A stretch of 64,000 bases of DNA. It comes from a virus. Below are positions 29,504 through 39,164 of the stretch, piece by piece. A program made the position numbers and the translations under genes. How positions within the stretch are numbered: the stretch's first letter is position 1; the number at the start of each line of letters is the position of its first letter. The notes under the pieces were generated by a model that saw nothing but the letters and a program-made list of their open reading frames with translations, was not told the DNA's origin and ran no database searches. The DNA lies in the IMG/VR virus record IMGVR_UViG_3300002835_000017; one strand, written 5' to 3'.

Positions 29504-30139
29504 TTAATATGTTCCAGGCCTATCACCCTTTTTCATAGTATCTGCCCACATTTGGAACATTTGCTTGATATCATTTGGTAATTTTTTATCTCTTATACTT
29601 AACGTGCCATCCTTACTAATATGAGCAATTATTTTATAATCACCATATTGTTCTTCGGCTCTATTCCAAATAGTTAAACCATTTCCCATCCATCCAGAAC
29701 CGATATCGTATTTTTTAGCTTCTTGAATTGAAGTTCTACCCAATCTTTCTTTCATAACTTTTTCTGAAACATTAGCTATTTCAAAATATCTACCCAACAC
29801 ATTCCCCATATCTTCATATAGAGCTTCCAACCTTTGTTCCTGTGCACGTGCTTCTAATGATTCTTTTTCAAATGCAGATTGTAATTTTTTTAACTCACTC
29901 ATATTACGTTTAATAGTAACTCTATCAAACCAATCACCACCCTCTCTTAATGTATATTCTTGGGCAGCATCAGCGATACCACCCAAAGTTTCTGCAACTT
30001 GTCTGATATCAGATTTTCTACTCATTCCTTCTCTATGTTGTCCATAGGTAGAAATGATTTCCAAGAAATGTTTTTTCATTTCGGTTGGGAGTTGTTGTAA
30101 CTCTTCCGATTCTTTGAGTAAGTTTTTTAAACGTATCAT
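29504..30139 (-). CDS. Probable internal head protein (two modules)
   Basis: MIRLKNLLKE leader; internal SIQE|A junction. Confidence 0.55.
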   Translation of the reverse strand: MIRLKNLLKESEELQQLPTEMKKHFLEIISTYGQHREGMSRKSDIRQVAETLGGIADAAQEYTLREGGDWFDRVTIKRNMSELKKLQSAFEKESLEARAQEQRLEALYEDMGNVLGRYFEIANVSEKVMKERLGRTSIQEAKKYDIGSGWMGNGLTIWNRAEEQYGDYKIIAHISKDGTLSIRDKKLPNDIKQMFQMWADTMKKGDRPGTY

Positions 30140-30140
30140 A

Positions 30141-30401
30141 TTATTTTTTTAATATATCGTTTTTCTTAATTTTTGAAACGTATCTCATCATTTCTTGTTT
30201 GTCAATTCCCATAGCATCGATTACCTTTGCTAATACAAGAATTTCTTTTTTACGAGAAAGACTCATTCCTTTAATTTGAGCTACCATTTTATCCAAATAT
30301 CTTTCTATAGATACTGGTAAATTGGTATCTAAATCATCCAATGCTTCTTTAACTACTTTATCGTTAATTGCTTTTCCAGGTACTAAATTTACTAGTTTCA
30401 T
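30141..30401 (-). CDS. Hypothetical protein, possible internal head protein
   Basis: MKLVNL...VVKE|A leader; directly after the protease gene. Confidence 0.5.
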   Translation of the reverse strand: MKLVNLVPGKAINDKVVKEALDDLDTNLPVSIERYLDKMVAQIKGMSLSRKKEILVLAKVIDAMGIDKQEMMRYVSKIKKNDILKK

Positions 30402-30406
30402 ATTTG

Positions 30407-30997
30407 TTAGTTTAATTCTATTATAATTTCTCTCATCAAATCTTGTGGTTTACACCACTTACCACATTCTTCTGCAACTTTTGCCCATTGCTTTGATTCG
30501 TTCATTGGTGCCATAAATGCTCCATGTGTAGATGGGTTTGATACAAAATCCCAACCTACTAATTCAAAATCTTCCTGAACCATTACAGTACCATCTCTCA
30601 ATTCCTTTACTGAACCCAAACCTCTAGATGAGATACCTAAACGGATATTGTTCTTTAGTAATTCTCTTAAAATGTTTCCTGATGGAGTTGAAAGTATTTC
30701 TACTACACCGTATACATCATCGCCTTCCCAATAAATTTCTCTAATGTTATGTGATACATTCTTTAAGTTGATAACAGGAGAATCAGGATGGTCCAACTCA
30801 CCCAGTGCTCTGCGTTCTTTGATAAGTTGTTTGTATTTTTGACATTCTCTCTCTAATATTTCTTTAGGATATCTTCTACCATTTTGGTTAGCAGCACCTG
30901 CTCTTTGCAGAATACCCTTTACCAAATAGGTTCCATTTTCTTCTTTTTGAAGTTTTGCTTCAAATAAATGGGTTTCTATTAATAATCCTTTATTCAT
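30407..30997 (-). CDS. g21: Prohead core protease (T4 gp21-like)
   Basis: NQNGRRYP, ALGELDHP, NVSH, TPSG, LGISSRGLGS, WDFVSNPSTHGA. Confidence 0.95.
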   Translation of the reverse strand: MNKGLLIETHLFEAKLQKEENGTYLVKGILQRAGAANQNGRRYPKEILERECQKYKQLIKERRALGELDHPDSPVINLKNVSHNIREIYWEGDDVYGVVEILSTPSGNILRELLKNNIRLGISSRGLGSVKELRDGTVMVQEDFELVGWDFVSNPSTHGAFMAPMNESKQWAKVAEECGKWCKPQDLMREIIIELN

Positions 30998-30998
30998 C

Positions 30999-31454
30999 TT
31001 ATTTTATATCTTTTTTAACTTTTTCAATTGCCGTGTCTTTATCGTTAGACCAAGCTTTCAAAAATATATTTTTTAAACCACTTTCTAAATCTGCTTTATC
31101 AACATTATCGTTATTTACTTTTTTAATAAGAGATTGAACATACGCAGATTTAACCATTTTATCTGCAGCTGCATCGTTTATTCCGTTATTCTTTTCAATA
31201 TATTCAGTAACATCACTTATAAATTTTTTATTTGATTCTAATTTATCTAATATTCCTGATATTTCTTTTTCAGTTTCTTTAGAACCATTAAAGTATTTAA
31301 TTCCTTTTTCTACTAATTCTCCTATATAATAAAATGCAATTTTACCAATAAGGATACCACTTAATGTTGCAAGTATTCCTAAAGCTAAATTTTCATTTAC
31401 ACTTTTTTTTTTCATTACTTCAATTAATATGGATTTTAACTTTATCATCTCCAA
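30999..31454 (-). CDS. Probable internal head protein with a hydrophobic helix
   Basis: MIKLKSILIE...SVNE| followed by LALGILATLSGILIGKIAFYYIG. Confidence 0.55.
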   Translation of the reverse strand: MEMIKLKSILIEVMKKKSVNENLALGILATLSGILIGKIAFYYIGELVEKGIKYFNGSKETEKEISGILDKLESNKKFISDVTEYIEKNNGINDAAADKMVKSAYVQSLIKKVNNDNVDKADLESGLKNIFLKAWSNDKDTAIEKVKKDIK

Positions 31455-32047
31455 GTACCTCTTGCCTGCATAAGTTTTTTAAACATTTCAGGTTGTTTCG
31501 CACGGCTCTTTTCTAATTCTTGAGTTAATCTTTCTACTTCTGCTTTAAGTTTGGCTGGCCATTTATCATAATTTTCCCACGGAAATTCAAATTTATTACC
31601 AAGTGTAGTTCTTATCAATTGGCGTTGTTTATCCAATATTGCACCACTTTTAGCAAGTGATGCTTTATAATCGGCTTCCAACTTGTCTATTTCTTTTCCT
31701 TTGAATTTATCAAGAACTGGTGGCCAGTCAAATCTTTCATCTCCCGCTTCGTTTGTTTTACCAGCTCTTAATGCTGCTAAATCTGAACCTTCAATTTCGC
31801 CATCCTTATCTACATCAATTTTCTTTTGTCCTGCAGTTAGTTCTGCTTCATTATATCCTCTTAATCTACCTTCTGATTTTGCTTTATAAGCAGTATCTAC
31901 GGCATTAAAGAATTTCTTCTTATCATCGTCAGACATATCTGCAATTGATTTACCAGTTTTATCTAACATGTGCTTAAACAATTGTTGATAATCTTGCTCC
32001 TCTCTAATTGTTTGCTTAACAAACTCTTTTAGTTGATGTAGTTTCAT
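31445..32047 (-). CDS. Modular probable internal head protein including an EF-hand-like DxDxDG loop
   Basis: MKLHQLKEFVKQTIREE leader; YNE|AELTAGQKKIDVDKDGEIEGSDLAALRAGKTNE|A. Confidence 0.55.
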   Translation of the reverse strand: MKLHQLKEFVKQTIREEQDYQQLFKHMLDKTGKSIADMSDDDKKKFFNAVDTAYKAKSEGRLRGYNEAELTAGQKKIDVDKDGEIEGSDLAALRAGKTNEAGDERFDWPPVLDKFKGKEIDKLEADYKASLAKSGAILDKQRQLIRTTLGNKFEFPWENYDKWPAKLKAEVERLTQELEKSRAKQPEMFKKLMQARGTWR

Positions 32048-32095
32048 TACTTTTATTTTGTATTACGCCTTCTTTACTGTATAAATATATATATT

Positions 32096-33625
32096 TTATT
32101 TATCCATTGTAGATTTACCGAAAACTCTTTGTATTTGTGATTTACCAGAAGAACCTACCTTTGATTGTAATATTTTAAGTGCTTCCTTTTTCAAATCAAT
32201 AGGATGTGAATCGAACCATTCAATAGTACCTTCATTACTTTTTATTGCTCTTCGTCTCTGTCCACCATCATCAATATAATCGGTATAAAAATCATAATGT
32301 CTTAATATGAAATCTGCTAATTCTTTTCCATTTTTTGCGGGTGCGTTTTGAATTGCTTCGTTCATAGATTCATATTTAATCATATCTGGATTAAACTTTT
32401 CAAAATTCTTTCTTGCCCATTTTACGGCATCTTCATAAGAATTAAATTTAATCCTATCCTGTTTGAACCCTTTTTTCTTATTTAAAAAATCAATATAAAC
32501 TTTATCTTCATTTACTGATTCACTAACTACCTTATCGCCCCAAAACGATACTGATGGCATGTTTCCGAATGTTGTATCATATTTAGAATCAATGCCAAAT
32601 CTTGATTTTAGGATTTTAACTACCCCACTACCAAATTTTTTATCTGTTAGTTTAAGATAAACTTTATTCTTATTACCACCATCTTTAATTTGCCCACTTA
32701 CAAATTTTGAACCTATTGATTTGATAATATCATCTACTACATCTGCAACGAGGTATCCTTTCAAATCAGATTCGTTTACTGATTCTTCTACTCTATTCAT
32801 TTTCTCATCCGATACCCAATATGCCGTTGAACCACCGATTGAATTACGGAACATCTTTTCCATTTTTTCAGCGTATTTTTTAGCATCATTATATGAACTA
32901 AATACCATTGGCTTACCAGTTGTTTTAAAGGTTTTTGGGTCAAATTCTTTTTCCAAATCTTTACCCTGTCCTCTACCTCTGTTGTAGCTTACATAGTATT
33001 TACCTTCGTTTATAGATTCTTTTAAGGTTCTTTTTTTAAGAATTATTTGTTGAATTTGTGAAAATATAGATTGTATATCTTTATCTAACTGCTTTTCATC
33101 TGCACTCATTGGTGATTCTATATCAACATTAGAGTAAAGTTTTTTCTTTTTAGCAATTAGAACATCTACCTTTTTAATTAAATCGTTTTTTACCTTATCT
33201 AAATCCTTTATGATTTCAGATGGAGTTTCTTCGTTTACTACACTATATCCAGTCAAATCAGCTTGTCTCTTTCCCTTCTTTTCTTCACTATCTTTACCGC
33301 TAAATGCAAATGGAGTATTGTATCCTTCAACACCACCAGTAGTATTCATTTCATCTACTTTTAATTCGGCATCTTTATACATATCACTAACTTTAGCATT
33401 TAATTCATCTGCTAATTTCTTCTTTTGAGTAGTTAGTGTTTTTAATTTTTGTATATGTTCTTTTTCAGCGGGAGTACCTTTGGATTTTTTATATGCTTCC
33501 AAATGCTTTTCCATTGCATCAATTACTTTTGAATAATCAGTTTGAATAGCTTTAACTGAACGTAATTCAGCCAACACCATTTCTTTGATTTTATTAGATA
33601 CTATAGTATTATTTGTAATTGACAT
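32096..33625 (-). CDS. Polyprotein-like protein with repeated ES(I/V/M)NE linkers
   Basis: VLAE, KVDE, VVNE, ESINE, ESVNE (twice), ESMNE separate ~40-90-aa segments. Confidence 0.65.
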   Translation of the reverse strand: MSITNNTIVSNKIKEMVLAELRSVKAIQTDYSKVIDAMEKHLEAYKKSKGTPAEKEHIQKLKTLTTQKKKLADELNAKVSDMYKDAELKVDEMNTTGGVEGYNTPFAFSGKDSEEKKGKRQADLTGYSVVNEETPSEIIKDLDKVKNDLIKKVDVLIAKKKKLYSNVDIESPMSADEKQLDKDIQSIFSQIQQIILKKRTLKESINEGKYYVSYNRGRGQGKDLEKEFDPKTFKTTGKPMVFSSYNDAKKYAEKMEKMFRNSIGGSTAYWVSDEKMNRVEESVNESDLKGYLVADVVDDIIKSIGSKFVSGQIKDGGNKNKVYLKLTDKKFGSGVVKILKSRFGIDSKYDTTFGNMPSVSFWGDKVVSESVNEDKVYIDFLNKKKGFKQDRIKFNSYEDAVKWARKNFEKFNPDMIKYESMNEAIQNAPAKNGKELADFILRHYDFYTDYIDDGGQRRRAIKSNEGTIEWFDSHPIDLKKEALKILQSKVGSSGKSQIQRVFGKSTMDK

Positions 33626-33636
33626 TTTAAATTAGT

Positions 33637-33861
33637 TTAAGCTAATACATAAACAGAACCACCATTGGTTACTGCTATACTTTTAACGTAACACGGAAAA
33701 GGTTCTCCTGCAGTTAAATGTGCTAATGAAATAGTTGTTCCACCTTCTAACGTAATTGTTCCAGTCACACCACTTACAGGTAATACACCCCAAACTCTAT
33801 CTATTAATGAAGCCGAACCTGATGTTACTAATTTTGCGTTATATGTTCTATAATTTGACAT
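33637..33861 (-). CDS. Small beta-rich protein, possible capsid vertex/spike base
   Basis: RVWGVL..VTGTITLEGG..LTAGEPFPCYVKSI pattern; within the head block. Confidence 0.4.
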   Translation of the reverse strand: MSNYRTYNAKLVTSGSASLIDRVWGVLPVSGVTGTITLEGGTTISLAHLTAGEPFPCYVKSIAVTNGGSVYVLA

Positions 33862-33864
33862 TTT

Positions 33865-34740
33865 TTATTTATTTAAACTATTTTTTAATTCTTTTAATAA
33901 TTCATAACTCATCATCATTGCGGATAGATGTTGTTCCTTAATTTTTTTAACCGATTTAATTTTTCTAATATTAGATATGGTTTCCGCTAATTTGATTTTT
34001 GTTACTTTATCTGGTATTTTAGAACCAACTTCCTTTAACCCATTGATTAATTTAATAATTTCGGTTGAAATATATTCATTCAATTTACCAGTGTTATTAA
34101 TATTATTTATATATTCTCTTAATAAAAGTTTTTGTTCTTCTGTAAGATTTTTATATTTGTTATTAAATGATTCTACTAGCATCTTATAAGATATTGCTCT
34201 CAAATCCTCATCCTGTTTTTTATATTCTTCTAAAACTGCATCTTTGATTCTAGCTTCTTTATTTTGAATAGATGAATTTATAATATTTTCAGCAATAGTA
34301 AATCTAGAACTTACAATATCAGTTGGGTCATATTGTTCATTAGTTGATACTACTTCAAATATTTTATAAATAGATGCTAATGTTTTGTAGTTAGAAATTG
34401 GAGATTTAATAAACTCATCTAAACCATAAGTTTCTTTAATTTGTTTAATTAAATTATACTTTTCTTTTATAAGCTTCTTTTCATCCAATTGTTTGCGTGC
34501 ATCTAAAATCGTATCTATAAATTTTTCAGCTTTAACTTCTGAATTATATTTTTCATTTATTAAAAATTGATATAATTTTAATTCTTTAGATAATTCTTTT
34601 TTAGCATTAAAATGTTCTTTCAATATAGTTTCCGCTACTGATTTACTAGAAGACATGATTTCAGATGTAATCTGTCTTACCAATAATTCAAATATAAATC
34701 CAGTATTCTTAAATTTAGAATGTTTAATTTTTTTCATCAA
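33865..34740 (-). CDS. Conserved hypothetical head-module protein downstream of the portal
   Basis: KIKHSKFKNTGFIFELLVRQ; helical; own late-promoter motif. Confidence 0.6.
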   Translation of the reverse strand: MMKKIKHSKFKNTGFIFELLVRQITSEIMSSSKSVAETILKEHFNAKKELSKELKLYQFLINEKYNSEVKAEKFIDTILDARKQLDEKKLIKEKYNLIKQIKETYGLDEFIKSPISNYKTLASIYKIFEVVSTNEQYDPTDIVSSRFTIAENIINSSIQNKEARIKDAVLEEYKKQDEDLRAISYKMLVESFNNKYKNLTEEQKLLLREYINNINNTGKLNEYISTEIIKLINGLKEVGSKIPDKVTKIKLAETISNIRKIKSVKKIKEQHLSAMMMSYELLKELKNSLNK

Positions 34741-34784
34741 TTTTTATAATTTGTCAGATATAAATATATTTTTATATTTCTTTA

Positions 34785-36527
34785 TTACCGTTTGGTTAAA
34801 TCTTCTGTCAAAATAGTTTTTTTATTACCATCCATATCTTTAAAAACTTCAAAATATGAACTCTTTCTTGGTTTATACGCAACCGAACCTTCTTTTGCTT
34901 TAAGAGTTTTTATTCCCAATGGGTCTCTACCTTCGGGATGGTCATCATGCCCATATCTAACAGGGTCTTTTGGTCTACCAACTTGTCCATCTAATTCAAG
35001 TTTCAATTTATTTAATTCTTCTTCAACATTAGTTGGACCACCTTCTACTCCTGTTTCCTTTGCAGGGTCTGTTCCTTGTGTTTCAATTGAAGTTAAACGG
35101 AATGTTTGTTTAGTATCTTCTAATACCTGCAACGTCATTTCATCCTGCTCATCTTTTGCCATCTTCATAACAGATTCATACATCCATTCTTTAGAGAACA
35201 TTTTTGTTTGTTGCATTTGTTGAATTAGGGCTACTTTAGAAGTGTATAATTCAACTTGCTCCTGCTCATAAATTCTAGATGGAACGGTTAATTCCAATGT
35301 AAAATCTGTTAAACGGTCATCGTTAATACCCTGTGAGTATAAGTGAACGATTGCAATTTTAGTTAATTCAGAAATTAATACTCTTTGAACTCTTTCAATT
35401 GTTTTAGCAAAACGGATATCCATTGATGCCAATGTTGCTTTACCATTAGTATCTTCTTCATAACCCAAATAAGCTTTTGGAATTTTAAGTGCAGCCATCA
35501 ACTTACCTTTTAAGTAGTTGATATCATCAATCATATTGTATTCTAAACCTTTTAACGTATCAATTGAAGTTCCATTATCACTACCTCGAACTGGCATATA
35601 ATAATCTTCAATAAGATTCATCATATTGTACTTTAAGTTGTACTCGCCTGTTTTTTCATCAACGAATGGAACTTTCTTCGATGCGTTGATAATTTTCTGC
35701 ATGTAGTTATCCACTTCGTTTGGTGGGATATTACCAACATCCACTTTAAAAATTCTCTTTTCAGGAGCTCTCATCACTCTGTGAATTAACATTGCATCTT
35801 CCATCAACATTAATTGTTTCCACACTCTTCTAGCTCCTTCAACCATAGACTTTCCATAAGGTAAGAAGTTTGAATCACCGTTTAAACGGAAGTGAGCAAT
35901 TTCATAATTTTCAAATTCCTTTTTAGTAGTCTGACCTACCGCCATATATGGATTTTGATATGGGGCATATACGAATTTAACTCTTTGTGGATTTTCAGGG
36001 TCAAATCCTTCTACTCTACTCATTTCGTATGATGATAATGGCATTACGTTTATAATTCCCAATTCATCCGCAATTTCTAATTCTAAAAAGAAATCACCGT
36101 ATTTTACCAAGTTTCGTGTCCAAGGCCAAAGGTTAAATTCTACATTAAGAATATCATAAAAAAGATTTTCTAATATTTGTTTAACATTATCATCATCGTG
36201 ATGAATTTTTAAAATATTACCTTGCTCATTTTTAGCAGTACATTCATCTGCATATACATCCAATGCGGATGATAAAATCGGGTCCATATCCATTGAATCG
36301 TAATCTCTGAAAAGGTCAATACGAACTTGCTGATATGCCATTGCAGATTCTACCCCACCTACACCGTAGTTACTCACTTTGAGCTTCATATAACGGTCTA
36401 CAAGGTTAGTTGTCATATTCTGATACTCATCCGTATCGACTATTTTAACTCCCTTTGCCGTTTTTCTAACTATGGTATTAGTTGAAAATAATTTTTGTAA
36501 CCTACCGAATAATGTTTTATCTGCCAT
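34785..36527 (-). CDS. g20: Portal vertex protein (T4 gp20-like)
   Basis: LMLMEDAMLIHRVMRAPEKRIFKVDVGNIP, EDYYMPVRG, IDTLKG, ALKIP, DIRFAKTIERVQ. Confidence 0.95.
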   Translation of the reverse strand: MADKTLFGRLQKLFSTNTIVRKTAKGVKIVDTDEYQNMTTNLVDRYMKLKVSNYGVGGVESAMAYQQVRIDLFRDYDSMDMDPILSSALDVYADECTAKNEQGNILKIHHDDDNVKQILENLFYDILNVEFNLWPWTRNLVKYGDFFLELEIADELGIINVMPLSSYEMSRVEGFDPENPQRVKFVYAPYQNPYMAVGQTTKKEFENYEIAHFRLNGDSNFLPYGKSMVEGARRVWKQLMLMEDAMLIHRVMRAPEKRIFKVDVGNIPPNEVDNYMQKIINASKKVPFVDEKTGEYNLKYNMMNLIEDYYMPVRGSDNGTSIDTLKGLEYNMIDDINYLKGKLMAALKIPKAYLGYEEDTNGKATLASMDIRFAKTIERVQRVLISELTKIAIVHLYSQGINDDRLTDFTLELTVPSRIYEQEQVELYTSKVALIQQMQQTKMFSKEWMYESVMKMAKDEQDEMTLQVLEDTKQTFRLTSIETQGTDPAKETGVEGGPTNVEEELNKLKLELDGQVGRPKDPVRYGHDDHPEGRDPLGIKTLKAKEGSVAYKPRKSSYFEVFKDMDGNKKTILTEDLTKR

Positions 36528-36583
36528 TTTAATATTTTATATCTAATTAATAAAGATAAGTAAATTTTTTCAATTTTCCAAAT

Positions 36584-37522
36584 TTACCATTTTCTACAAG
36601 ACCAATAGTTTGCTTTATGTCTTGGGCCTGGACTATCACAATTCATTCTTGCTCTAAATGATTTTCTAGCTGCAGGATTTGATTTTCTGATTTTCATTCC
36701 TTTTTGTCCAAAGTTTACCTTAACAACATTACCTTGTGGGTTCTTAACATATACTTTGAATTTCTTAACATCACCTTGCATTGGTTTACCCAATTGTACT
36801 TCTCTACCTTGATATTCTGCTTCTCTCAAACATTGACAACCTTCATTTAAGTTTTTATCATATCCTCGCATAAAAGCAATGAAGTCTTCCATATCCTCAT
36901 CTTCAACATCGTATTCTTCTGGTTCAACGTATCCGTAGTTTACATCATCATCTGAATTGATATCTTCACTTATAGGAACGCAATTAGGAACTTGTCTACC
37001 TCCCTTATCTTTCATACCAACTTGCTTATATCCATCCCAACAAGCCTCATTTAATTCCACACTTTCACTGCAAGTTTTCCAACCACCACCTTTTTCTTTG
37101 TAGTTTTTTGCAGCCCATCCGTTTGCGTATGCTGATGGATAAACATCAAATTTAGATTTTGCTGCTGCTTTAGATGCTGCCCATTTACCTGCATCGGTTG
37201 GGCAATTCTTTTCTAAAAATAGGTTTATTTTTTCTTCTATACTCATAGTTTCATTTTTTGGTTTGGTTGAAACATTTATTGGTTTTTTGCCTTGTCCACT
37301 ACTATCTTTACCACCTCTACCCGCATCATTTTGTGCAGCTCTTTTTCTTCTAGTAGCACTTTCTTTTTCTTTTTTACTCATTCCAGCAGCTTTTGCCGCA
37401 GGAACACATTTTGCATAACCCCTTTTTTCTCCCGAAGTTCCGCATGGCGGATGCTTACCATCGACTTTTTTGCCGATGTTTACCCATTTTTCTTTAAACC
37501 ATTTATCTAAATCTTCGTTCAT
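36584..37522 (-). CDS. Concatemer of small basic Cys/Trp-rich modules separated by x-x-E sites
   Basis: MNE|DLDKWFKEKW, FLE|KNCP..KFDVYPSAYANGW, LNE|ACWDGYKQVG, ISE|, LNE|, LRE|AEYQGREVQLGKP..YWSCRKW. Confidence 0.65.
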   Translation of the reverse strand: MNEDLDKWFKEKWVNIGKKVDGKHPPCGTSGEKRGYAKCVPAAKAAGMSKKEKESATRRKRAAQNDAGRGGKDSSGQGKKPINVSTKPKNETMSIEEKINLFLEKNCPTDAGKWAASKAAAKSKFDVYPSAYANGWAAKNYKEKGGGWKTCSESVELNEACWDGYKQVGMKDKGGRQVPNCVPISEDINSDDDVNYGYVEPEEYDVEDEDMEDFIAFMRGYDKNLNEGCQCLREAEYQGREVQLGKPMQGDVKKFKVYVKNPQGNVVKVNFGQKGMKIRKSNPAARKSFRARMNCDSPGPRHKANYWSCRKW

Positions 37523-37555
37523 CTATAAGAGTTTCAATATATAAATATAAAAAAA

Positions 37556-39163
37556 TTAACGAAGTAACCAAGTTAAGTTTTCTACCTCACCTCTACCCAC
37601 TTCCATTTCATACGGATTCTTGCCAGACCAGCCTGTGGAATATACTCCATCAAACTGATTTATTTGAGTTGAATTCAACATACTCTTTGTTAAATCAATT
37701 CCTTCTTGTCTCAAACGAAGTGCGGTGTTACGAACCCAAAGTCCGATTGCTAATGCCATTACCAAGTCATCATTGTATCCCTTCATTGCTTCTGCTCTAC
37801 CACCATGCCAAATAAATGTAAACATTTCATCTATCAATCTACCACTACGAATGAGGATATCCTTATCACTCATGTATGTATCCAATGCTGATATGATAAG
37901 AGGACGGGTTTTGGATGTTGTAGAGAATCCAGCAACCATTTGTTTTTCATCTCTATAAAACTTATTACTCATTTGTTTTTCAACATCAATATATTTTAGG
38001 TCATTACTCATATAGAATAAATTACCATACTGTCTATCAATTATTTGTTGAATACATGCCCAACCTACGTTTGAGTTTTCTACGACTAATAGAGCGTTAT
38101 TATATTCCGTTGCCAACGATGTTAAAAAATTACCAAAATGTTTTGTTTCAATCTTACCTCTGTATTCGGCTACTTGCGTACAATCTTCAATATCAATTAT
38201 TTGTGCAGTAGAATAATCGGCCCCATCTCCCCTTGCAACGTCAGCTACAACCATATATTGTTTATTGTAATTTGGATATTCCCAAATCCATAAATTATTA
38301 TCAAACCCTCTTTTTTCAATCGGGTCCATTACATAGGTATCTTTATACCAAGTCAATAATGCAGGGTCAATTATGGTATCACCAGAACCGATGAAGTCAC
38401 AATCACATTCTTGTGCCGAACCTTTAACTCCCAAAATACGGGTTTGTTCATCTCTCCACGCCTGATTTCTTTCAGGGTGAACTGTCCAATGTAGATTGAT
38501 ACAATTAAATCCGTTTGCACCACTCTCACCATCTACCCACATTTTGTGAAACCAGTTACCCACACCATTCGGAGTAGATAATACAATTGCAGCTCCACCC
38601 GTTGATAGAGTAGATTGCGCTGATAACCAAATTTCATCAATATCTCTAATGAATGCAGCCTCATCCACTACCAATAGGGATAGGGCTTCAGAACGTCCTG
38701 CATCAGGTGAGGATGCGATTGCTTTGACCTGTGAACCGTTTTTTAATTTAAGTGATAGTTTGTTATCTTCAGCTGCCGCAGTTCCTCCATCCCTCAACCA
38801 AACGGGAAGTAAATCGTGCATTACCCTAACTTTTTCTACGAGATTTTTAGCTACCGTCACTTTTGTTGCAATAACCAATGCATTATAATCCTGATTGAAT
38901 ATCATTTTCCAAAGAATAAATCCCGCAGAAAGAGTTGATAAACCTAACTGACGAGATTTTAGAATGATATTAAAACGATGGTCTTTAAAATCAGTTAAGC
39001 AATCCTCTTGAAAAGAATAAAGGTGAAAGGGTATTTTCCCTCTCACCGGATGTTGAATAACACAATATTTCTTCATAAAGTAAATGGGGTCTCCCGCGCA
39101 TTTACGATATTCTTCAGAAATTATTTCTTTTAAAGTTTTTTTTGGTTGTCCTTGAACTCCCAT
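37556..39163 (-). CDS. terL: Terminase large subunit (T4 gp17-like)
   Basis: KSRQLGLST (Walker A), LLVVDEAAFI (Walker B), STPNG, ADVARGDGADYS, NDDLVMA. Confidence 0.95.
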   Translation of the reverse strand: MGVQGQPKKTLKEIISEEYRKCAGDPIYFMKKYCVIQHPVRGKIPFHLYSFQEDCLTDFKDHRFNIILKSRQLGLSTLSAGFILWKMIFNQDYNALVIATKVTVAKNLVEKVRVMHDLLPVWLRDGGTAAAEDNKLSLKLKNGSQVKAIASSPDAGRSEALSLLVVDEAAFIRDIDEIWLSAQSTLSTGGAAIVLSTPNGVGNWFHKMWVDGESGANGFNCINLHWTVHPERNQAWRDEQTRILGVKGSAQECDCDFIGSGDTIIDPALLTWYKDTYVMDPIEKRGFDNNLWIWEYPNYNKQYMVVADVARGDGADYSTAQIIDIEDCTQVAEYRGKIETKHFGNFLTSLATEYNNALLVVENSNVGWACIQQIIDRQYGNLFYMSNDLKYIDVEKQMSNKFYRDEKQMVAGFSTTSKTRPLIISALDTYMSDKDILIRSGRLIDEMFTFIWHGGRAEAMKGYNDDLVMALAIGLWVRNTALRLRQEGIDLTKSMLNSTQINQFDGVYSTGWSGKNPYEMEVGRGEVENLTWLLR

Positions 39164-39164
39164 A

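Noticed and set aside
37556-39163. Intron or intein in terminase, portal or MCP
   Set aside because: All three are uninterrupted and of normal length, with no Hint or endonuclease motifs
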